64,000 nt of DNA, taken from positions 310,001-374,000 of the IMG/VR virus record IMGVR_UViG_3300028840_001395. The stretch is one strand, 5' to 3'. This document shows, piece by piece, positions 18,201-27,009 of the stretch. The number at the start of each line of letters is the position of its first letter. Position 1 is the first letter of the stretch. The translations under genes were made by a program, and so were the position numbers. Under the pieces are notes generated by a model. It was not told the DNA's origin. It saw only the letters and a program-made list of their open reading frames with translations, and ran no database searches.

Positions 18201-18587
18201 GAGCTTGATCCAGTTGGAGAGGTCACCCTCCTCCGTGACCTGGGTTCCGACGACGGGCAGAATCCAGCCGTTGACGTTGGCCCAGATCACGGGATCTTCT
18301 TCCGGAGTCTCCAGCTCGCCCTGCGGCACTCGCGGGTTGCCGAACTTGAACAGGTTGGCCCACTGGGGGTCGAACTGGAAATCCTCCAAGGAGCGCGTCG
18401 GGTCGAGAATGAAGCCCGAAGGCATCATCGCCCGGACGAGTTGCCGGAGGTTCTCCCAGGCGATCTGGTTGCCCAGGTTGGCCTCGGAATCGAGAGGCGG
18501 CTTCCCGGCCTGCCAGACGACAGAGGAGAACTGCCGCTTGATGGCCGTCAGGGTGCGAGAAACGCCGTTACCAAAGTCCAAGCTCAT
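12234..18587 (-). CDS. Large virion tail/baseplate-associated protein with DUF6519-like N-terminus (2117 aa)
   Basis: N-terminal VSRTL...FSSVVWQAGKPPLDSE, paralogy with 22642-26241, and position in the tail module. Confidence 0.75.
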   Translation of the reverse strand: MSLDFGNGVSRTLTAIKRQFSSVVWQAGKPPLDSEANLGNQIAWENLRQLVRAMMPSGFILDPTRSLEDFQFDPQWANLFKFGNPRVPQGELETPEEDPVIWANVNGWILPVVGTQVTEEGDLSNWIKLYPPPETDRRIDFLFLEAWQCRVDPNPSEVNKPNASTLWKYGNVLYGGTNLTDDLEDPSIGMETTGRIQVQYRLRVFGGAAAGVGGSVALEVHPDGLGDPNILGQGTADDPIPGFSFDNMREDLGDPGLWRAGDGDAGNALGTIDGYTYAIPIAAIFRRNSKVYQAVTDAGDPEQNGGFERTPNSKHLPIPLDGAQPLPVATLAEDLSPTAAAGVSDATISVSNLEGSGWDDPQHTLSNIFILIDGEIMGISAVDDVAGTVTIPAGGRGRWGTAAVGHSAGASLQFFNTRPDGLYSDEIAQQDVLDLRHGVNANDWDFKRLLEHNVAALAKNELRSAWKDAAAGDTQGVTVNEVDYLWAGRPGPLDPPNHTEALDGPDGIRYIWSDGAVIQPEVTLLLDNEASQDDNKVGFNVTDTFDTNTNWDVGADFKPSGFMNVANLADTDGWVNGTSLFFFLGGDDGTHGARGTFRDGSTRAVRAVMPREYWKSGYPDVDPENGNQYPISLRLIDFRAFEPAPEAILPEEAARHAGPMYPWRATNFEYPFIALGGLLRNELTKNRSASDLEELSGDIYEIDVGIDFDDGEGIWWSQDDHTGPGTVDIPNFQNDPTAISKPLLRGTRTLYGMLTNNGKNSTGSQSEIYVVLYGDTDSRNNNGAFRVIGAGTASLGLTSSPASAATRIRVEPMSQDFTTFDTATGNNITVEFRSQEHNSDDTSDYDSNTADLVIVFTDICGKMLSSGTFYGINAWNPIYNYPWERYRLGFGESYDLSLPCGGVEFTYPLQSKLEISFTLMYHPGRGGSARVPDEIVRFAMVGGLGETLGAYLRQSPASLDLTFPNMPTNETYWDPAHIQLWNKLPALGWYAPNMPSAGGQVVGFTEQDREHELFIDRGSKTIMFRPFRDREMTLKQLSFEDAYFAEIPDCLLGSYQYPNGCYKDALNLFTQGGSIGGNGKQSAYAMPREWMPRFGRQDIPYYTDTSNGQGPFLPGINHLFVDTTDTDAHVFHIIGGSDNNGSPSPGVYSMYFTTDTPSNYGGSGTFVAAWNNLPYYKARKTTDIDDTVLYADEVIEALNAVNSSDLGRGLKGIQLPPYLGIARLYGVYDKRDWDTFGGRTFQGNRWEMLSDSAPNLIREDADQQTLFILQDGAKDLCSDSMTESEGDHTYIVPSNILDLTRSTHYTDGETFEDLDYVVECCIFGFAKGWIDQNNYVLVRWHDGSGDPHDDSDEEELEGIHLCIPCPAGYNDQLYNDFNRTVYQGDPYMTRGGEVTVASDYEHRYGQVPISGQYAMETPIQQYFDGEYIPQTPNARGFEVLASMDFYTTLGTGKIGGELFPGTPLDVGFTCNKPPAALRQPSSDDQPAWRIKTRAFTEGQKTNDSRAELTLFVQGGVDTLNPDDENYVFCRFGLLDGTYVDLYGAQAAYKSKLTDAPPAGLGIPEEDVWDIDTTSIQSFIKDSTQLVGTYAPGFYTFTNKAISGVTVGDTVIINAREDLEHIVFEGHVPTDGIVRVGVFNTWTPTAYDWPQGVPGYTIVPVSIPVAAIPANTGVPFPAQTLSGVLPGDVVVLSQDHTVPPPPGYEALIVTAAVVAPDTVDYWIYNASAAPVGPGPIMPFLAAILQPQDVAAHTVDLDGKYLDITVIHDTGDLNETVTNLASAINRHSTLSQNCLAIPEKPDKVRIAAVPTGAEGNEVTYETKWYTESVPPTVNSPFQTIIPFADTTNEFPFSLRSSSPLSGGVDRPMNAGDGTSQVNITGMTERLPLGALLQDSDFLCENPLRDDASAMKASPTGPRPIQTLMPLVERDEYDRFFGEPGALFAQSDGSVSVTDYSAWTEQNTGGSRIFRLFRGGGSVYVLDGQHPGGPVDWVTETFSDSLQPVMKGGALVCRALLVRNFYEEADLIGGSYTLTDGDEIQMVIVTYGVLGTDTTQEDGVTLGGDISPAGYGEGFAAADRYRLGARPMFRGFNREIPNPANVVLAPYPEEGPDDPGGGPC

Positions 18588-18596
18588 GTCGCCCTC

Positions 18597-19376
18597 TCAG
18601 AACAGCACTGCGAAGTTCGCCAGGAAGATCTTGGCGTCCGCCGTGCTCTTGAATGCTACCCGGAACGTGGTCGTGGGTGCTGCCACCGTCACCGTTTCCA
18701 GCAGATTCACGGGAGTCCATGTGTATGGAGCCCCACTATCGGTAGTGATATAGGCGAAAAACTCATCCGGCTCCTGGTCTGTCTCGTAAACCCGCCGAAT
18801 CGCAGGGGTATTCTGTCCTGTTGTGGCCCCGTACTCGGATCGGACATCGTGGCTCACGTCGAAGTCGAGGAGCTTCCAGTAGACCATGAAGTCGGTCACC
18901 CCGGTCGGCTCCAGGGCGCTGATGTCGATATCCTGGGTGACCATGAGCCCAGGACGGGCGTAGTCCCCCGCATCGTTCTGGGGGAGGAGCGCCGTGTGGG
19001 TCGGCATCTGGCCTTCAAAGGGGTATCCCGTCTGGAAGCGGGGGTAGTAGACCGCTGGGATAAGGGGGTCGGTGAACAAGAAGAACGGGTCGAGTTCGAG
19101 AAGCTGGGTGTCCGTGATGAGCGGGTTGAAGTAGATGTTGGCGAACTCGGGGAACATCGCCAGGAGATGGCTGAACGAGATGCTGGACAGGTCTCCGCCG
19201 TCCACGGGGAGGATGTAGTCGTCCGAGGTGATGGGGAACTCGACACTCGTGACGATGGGGAGCACGAAGCGCCCGTTGATGGGCGTCCCCTCTTCCGGTG
19301 CCGGAGTCTTCTCCACCTGGGTCACCTCTGGGGTACCTGTGGTGAAGAGGGTCTTGAGGTCAGCGAGCACGCGCAT
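18597..19376 (-). CDS. Hypothetical virion-module protein (259 aa)
   Basis: Tightly packed between the tailspike and the 2117-aa gene, with GC3-rich codons. Confidence 0.75.
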   Translation of the reverse strand: MRVLADLKTLFTTGTPEVTQVEKTPAPEEGTPINGRFVLPIVTSVEFPITSDDYILPVDGGDLSSISFSHLLAMFPEFANIYFNPLITDTQLLELDPFFLFTDPLIPAVYYPRFQTGYPFEGQMPTHTALLPQNDAGDYARPGLMVTQDIDISALEPTGVTDFMVYWKLLDFDVSHDVRSEYGATTGQNTPAIRRVYETDQEPDEFFAYITTDSGAPYTWTPVNLLETVTVAAPTTTFRVAFKSTADAKIFLANFAVLF

Positions 19377-19384
19377 GGTTCACC

Positions 19385-22300
19385 CTAAGTGTTGTTGTCC
19401 ACGATGTTCGCCGGGCCAACGGAACCATTCGGAACGGGGGCACCGAAATAGCCGGTGGCGTTGTCCGAAATCCGATTGCCTACGATGGTATTGCCGCCAG
19501 GATCTCCACCGGCCAAGCTGTCGATTGAGTTCATCCGATTCCCCATGATGATTGCCGTGGTCTGGGAGTTTGACAGAGTGATCTGATTGAACACGCCATT
19601 GCCAACCACTACAACCCCCATACCACTACCCGCGACCCCAAGGAGCATGTCATTCTGGACCCGGTTGCCGTTCACTGTGGAAAAGTCTCCGTAGATGGTC
19701 ATGTCGTTTGCGACGACATTCCCGGATACAGTGGAACGCACAGCACCGGAACCCACAAAGAAATCCCCTTCGGTGTTGTTCCCCGAGGCAGAATTCTCAT
19801 CCTCAAGAATACTGATTTTCAGGGCGCTGTTCCCTGAAACCGTATTATGCACTCCATCGCTCGTAAGCTCGTTGAGGACACGATTCCCAGTAATCGTGCA
19901 ACGAGGCCCCTCGACCAAAAGATCTGCACAGATGTTATCCCCAAAGGTGCATTGGCTGCTTGAATTCGTCCCGTGGATGATTCCCTCCACTCGGTTCCCC
20001 GAGACGGTGATGTTGACACCCCCAACAACGATATCGGAGGCATCGTTGTCTCCCACCGTGACCTTGAGGCTGGTGACCGTGATGTTCCCCGTGACCTTGT
20101 TGTTGTCCACCGTGCATTCGTTCGCGTTGACCGTAACAGTCAAGAGAACACGGTTTCCTGTCACAGTGCAGCCCGAGGCCCCCGCCGCGATAAATATGGA
20201 TTCTCCGACGACATTGTCTCCAATGGTCGAATCCGCACTGCCCACCAAAATCTCTTCGGCCTCGTTGTCCCCGATGGTGAGAGATGACCCAGGCCCGGTG
20301 CTGATCGCATTCTGCACCCAGTTGCCTGTGATGGTAGTGTCCTGTCCGCTCGATTGGATGTCGCCACCGACACGGTTTCCTGTGACCGTGGTTCTGGCCC
20401 CGAAAGTGCTGATGTTGTTGACAACATTGTTGCCGGTAATGGTGCAATCGGGAACATTGACCGCGACATTGAGGGCTCCCACCCAGTTCCCGGTGATCGT
20501 GGAATAGGGGCCACCGTTCATGACGATGTTATCGCTGTGGTTGCCGTCCACCACGATGACCCCGGAGCCGTTTCCAACCACGATGTTGTTGTCCCCGTAG
20601 TTCCCAGCCACCATGACATCCGAACCCGTGATGGAGATGTCAGACCCCACATTGTTGCCGGTGATCGTAGACTCATCCCCCAAGTAAGAAAGGGCCGCAT
20701 CAATGGTGTTGCCAGTGACCGATGCCCGGTCACTGTTGATAGTCATATTGGTCGAAATCTTGTTCCCGGAGATGACAGACCCATCACCGGCCCACTCCAA
20801 CTCCTCACACACGTTGTCAGCGACCACGCAGTCGTCCACGCCAGCCGCATCATGGAGGCGGCCCTCGACCTGATTCCCCGTGATGGTGTGGTTGGATCCC
20901 CCCGTAAAATCCACGAACACGAGTTCGCCTACGACTCGGTTGCCGCTTACGGTTGCCTTGTCCCCAGTGACCGCGAGACCCACCTGAATTTCATTGTCTC
21001 CAATGACGCAGTCGTCTCCCTGTACGATCACACCATCCATGAACTTGTTGCCGGTGATCTCCCATTCCTGTCCGAGTCCCGTATCGAACCCCCCGCCAAC
21101 GATGTTCCCCGTGACGGTGCATCGAGAACCCTGGGATAGGATGTCGCCTACGATGTAGTTGCCCGTGATGGTGTGGAGGCCACTGTCTGCGGGGATCGTG
21201 AAATCCCCACCAATCTCGTTGTCTCCGATGGTGCATCGGTTGGGTGCCCCGGTCAGAGTGAAGTCTCCGTCAACCCAGTTGCCCTGGGCGATACAGGCGT
21301 TGCCGCTCAGGATGAATCCGGCGCAGTGGTTCCCCTCCGCGATGGATTCATCCGTCAACAGGTTGATTTCCCCGTTGCTCTGCAGGGCGTCATTGTCGCA
21401 CACCGTATTCCTGTCACCGCCCGTCACCAGAATAGGGATGTCCCCTGGGATATCCCCATCAAGGCCGACGATGTTCTCCCGGCAGACGTTGCTGTTCCCC
21501 GTGATGGAGATACCAGTCTTCGGGGAGGGGTCGCTGTAGCAGTTCAAGAGCCCGTTCTTCAGGACACGGTTGATGACCCCCCGAGTGATGATGGCCTCTT
21601 CTTCACTCTCCTGGCAGAAGTTGTTGTCGATGGTGTTCCCGTTCCCGAGCACGTTCACGCTATGCCGATACCCGGTGAAGGTATTCTCCCCGATCACGTT
21701 GAGGTCGGACTGCTGTACCAGGTTCACGTCATAGGCCATCACCCCATCGAAGTGCTGGTATGCCGAACCTTCGATAGTGAATCGGTTGCGGGTGATATTG
21801 CAGTTCCCCATCCTCCCGTAAATGGGAGGATGCAAGAGGCTTCCGCCGTTCGTAGTCGAGATACCGAAGGAGCCAGTGTTGGCCTGGTTGTTCACCACCG
21901 TCCAGTTGATGATGTCCGTATCGGAAAGGATGAAACCATGAGCAGAGGGACCCTTACTTCGGCAGTTGTCCACCACTACATTTGAGGACGTGGTCACGGA
22001 AGAATTGCGGAAAACCACCCTACTGAAAGGAGGTATGGGGGTAGAGACTCCATCCCGATCACTGTTGAACGACAGATTCCGGAAGATGAGGTCACTGTGC
22101 CCGTCAATATCGAAGAGAGGGACATTGCCTCCCCTCCAGGTGATCTCCACCGCCGGGGGAGGGCCTCCGTCGTTCGTCCAGGCAGCACCCTCGATGATCA
22201 GTCCGTCCGTGGGGATGGTGATCGGCACACTGCCTGTAGGCTCCAGGGTCGGGCCAATGACCCAGATGCGGACGTTACGGCCAGCCGCATCCGCCTGCGG

Positions 22301-22639
22301 ATCCATCAAGGCCCCTGCCGCCGCCACCGCCTCGCCCAGCGTCGCGTAGTCCGGGGTCACACCCGTCCAACCGGGATGCAGCGTCGGGTCACCAACCGTG
22401 AGAACCGTGTCCTCGACCGAACCGCCCCCACCGATGGAACCCCCGCTGCCACCGGCTCCACCACAGGCCCGACACGGAAGCGCAGGGTATCCGGCTCTCG
22501 GCATCCCACCGCCCGGCGGGATGTGGGCACCCTCTCCGGCTCCGCCCGCGTAGCTCCGGAGAACAAGCTCATCCGTATCAGACGAAACCGTCTTGCCCGG
22601 CCCCGTGGTGATGTCACCTGGGTTAGTCTTCCGAGGCAT
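19385..22639 (-). CDS. Right-handed parallel beta-helix tailspike / receptor-binding protein
   Basis: Dozens of roughly 20-aa repeats such as TITGNxV and TIGDNxx, preceded by a pectin-lyase-like cap (LGEAVAAAG...VRIWVIG...LIIEGA). Confidence 0.85.
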   Translation of the reverse strand: MPRKTNPGDITTGPGKTVSSDTDELVLRSYAGGAGEGAHIPPGGGMPRAGYPALPCRACGGAGGSGGSIGGGGSVEDTVLTVGDPTLHPGWTGVTPDYATLGEAVAAAGALMDPQADAAGRNVRIWVIGPTLEPTGSVPITIPTDGLIIEGAAWTNDGGPPPAVEITWRGGNVPLFDIDGHSDLIFRNLSFNSDRDGVSTPIPPFSRVVFRNSSVTTSSNVVVDNCRSKGPSAHGFILSDTDIINWTVVNNQANTGSFGISTTNGGSLLHPPIYGRMGNCNITRNRFTIEGSAYQHFDGVMAYDVNLVQQSDLNVIGENTFTGYRHSVNVLGNGNTIDNNFCQESEEEAIITRGVINRVLKNGLLNCYSDPSPKTGISITGNSNVCRENIVGLDGDIPGDIPILVTGGDRNTVCDNDALQSNGEINLLTDESIAEGNHCAGFILSGNACIAQGNWVDGDFTLTGAPNRCTIGDNEIGGDFTIPADSGLHTITGNYIVGDILSQGSRCTVTGNIVGGGFDTGLGQEWEITGNKFMDGVIVQGDDCVIGDNEIQVGLAVTGDKATVSGNRVVGELVFVDFTGGSNHTITGNQVEGRLHDAAGVDDCVVADNVCEELEWAGDGSVISGNKISTNMTINSDRASVTGNTIDAALSYLGDESTITGNNVGSDISITGSDVMVAGNYGDNNIVVGNGSGVIVVDGNHSDNIVMNGGPYSTITGNWVGALNVAVNVPDCTITGNNVVNNISTFGARTTVTGNRVGGDIQSSGQDTTITGNWVQNAISTGPGSSLTIGDNEAEEILVGSADSTIGDNVVGESIFIAAGASGCTVTGNRVLLTVTVNANECTVDNNKVTGNITVTSLKVTVGDNDASDIVVGGVNITVSGNRVEGIIHGTNSSSQCTFGDNICADLLVEGPRCTITGNRVLNELTSDGVHNTVSGNSALKISILEDENSASGNNTEGDFFVGSGAVRSTVSGNVVANDMTIYGDFSTVNGNRVQNDMLLGVAGSGMGVVVVGNGVFNQITLSNSQTTAIIMGNRMNSIDSLAGGDPGGNTIVGNRISDNATGYFGAPVPNGSVGPANIVDNNT

Positions 22640-22641
22640 CG

Positions 22642-25600
22642 TCAGACTCCCTCGTTTCGCGGCCCTACGACGAGCAACAGGTTCCGCGTCCGGTAAAGCG
22701 CAGCACTGGTGCGGTTGTCGGTGTCCACGAACCGGACGGTGTTGTCGTCGTCCAACTCCGCGAACCGGCTGATCACGATGAGCAGCAACTCATCCTTGCG
22801 ATACAGGAGACCACCATCGCTACCTTCGACCTCCTCCGTCGCCCGACACAAGATAGGCACGATGACCTTGTGCCTCGTCGCCCCATACAAGGGCTGCGAC
22901 ATGATCGTCGGACGATACGAGGTGTCATCCGCGAACGGATAGTAGGCCCGGAACTCGGCATCCTTCTCCGGCCCGGCTCCGGCACCGATGCTGCCGAACT
23001 CCAGGTCATTCTGGACATCGCCCTGGACGAAGGGGTGGAGCGCCAGGAGTCCCGTGTCTGCGTCGAAGTCATCGATGGCGATAGAGGCAGAAGCGCAGAA
23101 GTACCACTCCTTCGTCGTGTTCATCGCCCCATCGTTGACAGCGATCTGGTCAAGCGGCGACCCGTAGGGGAACGCCAGGTCGAGTGAACCCATGCCGACC
23201 TGTCCCGACCAGACATTCTGGCCCATCGCCAGAGGCTCGACCCGCAGGATGGTCGGCAGCACCCCGTCGCCCGCAGTCGTGATGCTCCCCTCCTTCACAC
23301 CCGCCGTCTGCGGAGCGTTGGAGCGGAAGTACACGCCGATCTGGTAGCCCGCACCGATGGGGCCGTAGTTCGGGATGGCGTCCTGCGGGAAGTACTCGAT
23401 GTAGCACAACTCCTGCGGAGAGTTGAGCGGGGTGAAGTTGCTGATGACCATCTTCCGACTGCTGGAGCCGAACTCGCACTGAGTGAAGTCCAGGGACACC
23501 GCCCCCGCGTCATCACCCTCGACATGAATCTGCTGCGGCCCCCAGACCCGACGCGGGAAGTACAGCTCGTCGTCCCGGCTCACGAGACTCTCGGTGTGAA
23601 CCTCTCCAACCGGAGCCCCCTCAAGCCGGTCGCCCGGCGTCAAACCGTTCGTGTCGTTGGCCACGTACTCCAGCATGACTTCGCGGTAGCCCTGCCGGAA
23701 CGCAGGCTCCATGAGATCCTCGAAGTCGTTGGGCCGCTGGTTCGTGCTGTTCTCGATCTGCGGGCCAGGCCCTCCCTGGCTGCCATCGTAGATGTCCGGG
23801 TCAGGCTCAATCTCGAAGTCCGGCGTGTCCGTGGTGCCGACGCCCAGCGGATACGTGATCTCGACTTCGAGGAAGATGCGACGCGGAGACCCCGAGTCTC
23901 CGATGCTCCCGTCACTTCCGACGAGGGGGTAGGTCGCGGCTCCCCTGATGCCGCCGTTGGCCCGGCGATCATTGACATCGAGTTCCACCCGCAGATGGTC
24001 AGTCCCCAGACCACCGATGGTCTTGATCTCGACCCGCTGGTCGATGGGCAGCTCGAAGTTTCCATCATCGTGATAGGCCGACAGGACATCCGTGATCTTC
24101 GTCCCCGGAGGTGCGAAGTAAGTGAAGCTCGTGTCCGGCATCCCCACACCCGAGGAGCCGCCTCCGCTGATGCCCTGGAACACACCACCCAGAGAGGTCA
24201 CATCGAGCTTGGTCAGGTCGAGATGGAGGATGTCCCCGTAAGACCACTGCAGGACACTCGCCCCCATCGGGTTCTCGACGTACTTGCCAGGATTGACCGT
24301 GCCAGCCCCGATGGACGGCCCCGTCTCCTGGTCAGACGGGTGGTAGGCGACCACCAGGCGCTCAACCACGGGCTGGTCACCGAAGCGCCGGGCCACATGG
24401 TCGAAGTTCCGGATGGTCTCTCCACGCTGGGTGTCTCCCGAGAAAGGAGGGGCTCCCTGCTGGGCAGCCTCCCGACCTACCTCGTTGCAGACGAGGAAGC
24501 GGGTGGACACGTCTCCCGAGCCACCACCCAGCGTCTGCTTGCTGTCGGTGTCGATGGCCCACGTCCGTAGCGAGCCGTCCAGCAGCGACTGAATCTGGTA
24601 GAGGGCCTCGGCCTGCAAGTCGGCCCCGGCGAACATGACGTGCCGCCGGAGGTCGAGGAGGCGGCTCTGGGCAATGACATCGGCCCACTCACCGTCAGGA
24701 CGATCCGTGTGCCCAGCCCCGATGGAGCCCAGAGCGCCCGTGTAGGCCGTGTGCTGGTAGCGGGGGGCTCCGTTGGTGTTGTAGACGGGATTGAAGCCCT
24801 TGGCGGCTGCTGCCGGGTCTCCCGCGTCGTTGTAGCGGAAGATGAAGCAGATGGGGATGGCATAGACGAAACCGTCCACAGTGCCCAAGTCCTTCGCGGA
24901 CTGGGACGACCCATCTCCGGAGACCCAGAGTCCGTTGTCCTCGACACCGTATTCGACAGCCGACGACTCATCCCAGGTGCTCACCTTGTCCGCCGGGACG
25001 AACGGGTAAGAGCGACCGGAGACATTCGCTGCCGGAGTGGCTCTCGCCCCCTGGGCGAAGATACCTGCGTTGGGGCCGAGAACCTTGGTCGAGAAGCCGT
25101 CCGGGTGGGTCTTGAAGTTGACGCCTTCGGCGGCTCCCGTGGCCCGGATGCGATACTGGAACTGGATGCGCTGGCTGGTCTCCGACCGAAGGACGGGATC
25201 CACCATCACGTCATCGAGGTAGCTGGCAGGGGCCGAGAGCACGTTCCCATGCCGGAACAGCTTGTCCTGGGCGTTGACGGGCTTGTTGGGCCGGTCTTCA
25301 CCGCCCGTGAGGTTCGGGCCAGAGATGGACATGGCTCCGATGACCGCCGTGGTCACCGCGAGGGTGATGTAGTTGCCGGACGGGGGTGGCCCCACTTCAC
25401 CGTAGCCCGGTTCGTAAGACCAGAGCTGAACGACGTTGGCATACTCCTGGGCCGTCACGGTGGTCGAGAAGGAGTTGGCCGGGTTGTTGAGTGCCGCTGC
25501 CAGGCTCGTGGCCGTCGCGTTGTCGTCTCCGGGCACGATGAGGAACTCATCCAGGCCCGGAACGGCCAGCGTCGCGGTCATGTCCATGCCGTTGATGGTG

Positions 25601-26241
25601 ATCTTGTCACCGGCCACCAGGCTGCTCGAATCCGCGATGGTCGCGGCCCCCGTTGCCTTGGGCGACGGGGCGACGAGGGCCTGCCAGCACTCCAGAAACA
25701 CGAAGTCGGTTCGGTGAATGGTGCCGCTCGTCCCATCGTAGATGGTCGGGGGATCCAGGGTCACCAGGTTGTATCCCGCAGTCCGGGTGTTGGTGAACTC
25801 CACCACCACAGGCCGTCCGGCAACAACGGCTTCGAGACGGGGCAGCAGAATAGCATCGATCAGGGTGCGGTCATCGAGGATGTGAGCGCCATCCCCCACC
25901 GAGCCCAGTGACTCACCGATGGACTCGACCTGCTCCGAGTCGTCCACGACCTCGGAGGGGGCGCTCCCCAGGATGTAGTCGTTGTACACGTCGTGATGGG
26001 TCTGGCCTCGGAGCCAGCCCGAGTGAACTTGCCAGCGACGCAGGAGGTAGTTCTCCCAGAAAGACGCATCCTGGGCGGCGTCGAGTTCCGAGTCGAGGAC
26101 AGGCTTGCCGGATTCCCACACCATCGTCTGGAAGGAGCGGTCTCCGACCCGAAGGTTGCGTGACACCGAATTGGGCGTCTGCGCGACGCTGTCGGGCTCT
26201 GCGAGCGCCCGGTAGTGCTTGTCTCGGTCCTTTACAGACAT
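22642..26241 (-). CDS. Virion tail/baseplate-associated protein with DUF6519-like N-terminus (1199 aa)
   Basis: VSRNL...FQTMVWESGKPVLDSELD, plus several blocks shared with 12234-18587. Confidence 0.75.
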   Translation of the reverse strand: MSVKDRDKHYRALAEPDSVAQTPNSVSRNLRVGDRSFQTMVWESGKPVLDSELDAAQDASFWENYLLRRWQVHSGWLRGQTHHDVYNDYILGSAPSEVVDDSEQVESIGESLGSVGDGAHILDDRTLIDAILLPRLEAVVAGRPVVVEFTNTRTAGYNLVTLDPPTIYDGTSGTIHRTDFVFLECWQALVAPSPKATGAATIADSSSLVAGDKITINGMDMTATLAVPGLDEFLIVPGDDNATATSLAAALNNPANSFSTTVTAQEYANVVQLWSYEPGYGEVGPPPSGNYITLAVTTAVIGAMSISGPNLTGGEDRPNKPVNAQDKLFRHGNVLSAPASYLDDVMVDPVLRSETSQRIQFQYRIRATGAAEGVNFKTHPDGFSTKVLGPNAGIFAQGARATPAANVSGRSYPFVPADKVSTWDESSAVEYGVEDNGLWVSGDGSSQSAKDLGTVDGFVYAIPICFIFRYNDAGDPAAAAKGFNPVYNTNGAPRYQHTAYTGALGSIGAGHTDRPDGEWADVIAQSRLLDLRRHVMFAGADLQAEALYQIQSLLDGSLRTWAIDTDSKQTLGGGSGDVSTRFLVCNEVGREAAQQGAPPFSGDTQRGETIRNFDHVARRFGDQPVVERLVVAYHPSDQETGPSIGAGTVNPGKYVENPMGASVLQWSYGDILHLDLTKLDVTSLGGVFQGISGGGSSGVGMPDTSFTYFAPPGTKITDVLSAYHDDGNFELPIDQRVEIKTIGGLGTDHLRVELDVNDRRANGGIRGAATYPLVGSDGSIGDSGSPRRIFLEVEITYPLGVGTTDTPDFEIEPDPDIYDGSQGGPGPQIENSTNQRPNDFEDLMEPAFRQGYREVMLEYVANDTNGLTPGDRLEGAPVGEVHTESLVSRDDELYFPRRVWGPQQIHVEGDDAGAVSLDFTQCEFGSSSRKMVISNFTPLNSPQELCYIEYFPQDAIPNYGPIGAGYQIGVYFRSNAPQTAGVKEGSITTAGDGVLPTILRVEPLAMGQNVWSGQVGMGSLDLAFPYGSPLDQIAVNDGAMNTTKEWYFCASASIAIDDFDADTGLLALHPFVQGDVQNDLEFGSIGAGAGPEKDAEFRAYYPFADDTSYRPTIMSQPLYGATRHKVIVPILCRATEEVEGSDGGLLYRKDELLLIVISRFAELDDDNTVRFVDTDNRTSAALYRTRNLLLVVGPRNEGV

Positions 26242-26250
26242 ACTCGCGTC

Positions 26251-27009
26251 CTAGCTGATAGTCGCCATCAACTCGCCCACATAGGGCAACTGGGCCGGGT
26301 CAGCCATCGGATATTTCGCCTTTGCTGATCCCACGGCATCATTTGCTTCCTCATGGACGACCTTCAGAGCTTCTGCCACCGACTGTTCGTATTGCTGGGC
26401 GATACCCTTGAAGCGCCTCTTGACGAAAGCGATGGCCTTCTTCGTCTGGTCGGCCACTGCTGCCATGTCCGGCTTGTCCGAGATCACGATCCCGGCATTG
26501 ACCAGCTTCACCACTGCGGAGGCACCCCGCTTCTCGGCTTCCTCGACCACATGGTTCCGCGCGATGGCGCGGTTCGCATTCTTCTTGAGGAGAATCAGGC
26601 GCCCCTGGTACTCCGCAGGCCCGTCAATGGGAGCGATGATGCCCTTGATGTCCTCGATGGACTTCGCCTTCCGGAGAACACCCAACTGCTGACGCATCTC
26701 TTCGAGGCGTTCCTTGAGCTTCTCCTCGGATCCCACCAGGCTGAGCCAGTCATCCCACAACCGGCCCCGGCCAGATGACAGTTCCTTGACCTGGCGCTCC
26801 CAGCTCTTGACGTAATCTGCGAAGGCCTTGGCTCCCGCCTTGGCCTCGTCATCCCGCACGTATCCCTCGGTCGTCCGGGCTCCAGACCCGAATGGAACGT
26901 ACAAGATAGTGGCGGGGTTGTATGTCCCCGGCTTGTCGAAGGCCGAGATGTCGAACCCGCGAGCGGATTCATGGATCGTTGGCCCCCACTGATCAGCCAA
27001 GTGTGTCAT
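26251..27009 (-). CDS. Hypothetical helical protein (252 aa)
   Basis: ATGA overlap with the upstream gene. Its Lys/Ala-rich composition differs from the acidic flanking tail proteins. Confidence 0.75.
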   Translation of the reverse strand: MTHLADQWGPTIHESARGFDISAFDKPGTYNPATILYVPFGSGARTTEGYVRDDEAKAGAKAFADYVKSWERQVKELSSGRGRLWDDWLSLVGSEEKLKERLEEMRQQLGVLRKAKSIEDIKGIIAPIDGPAEYQGRLILLKKNANRAIARNHVVEEAEKRGASAVVKLVNAGIVISDKPDMAAVADQTKKAIAFVKRRFKGIAQQYEQSVAEALKVVHEEANDAVGSAKAKYPMADPAQLPYVGELMATIS

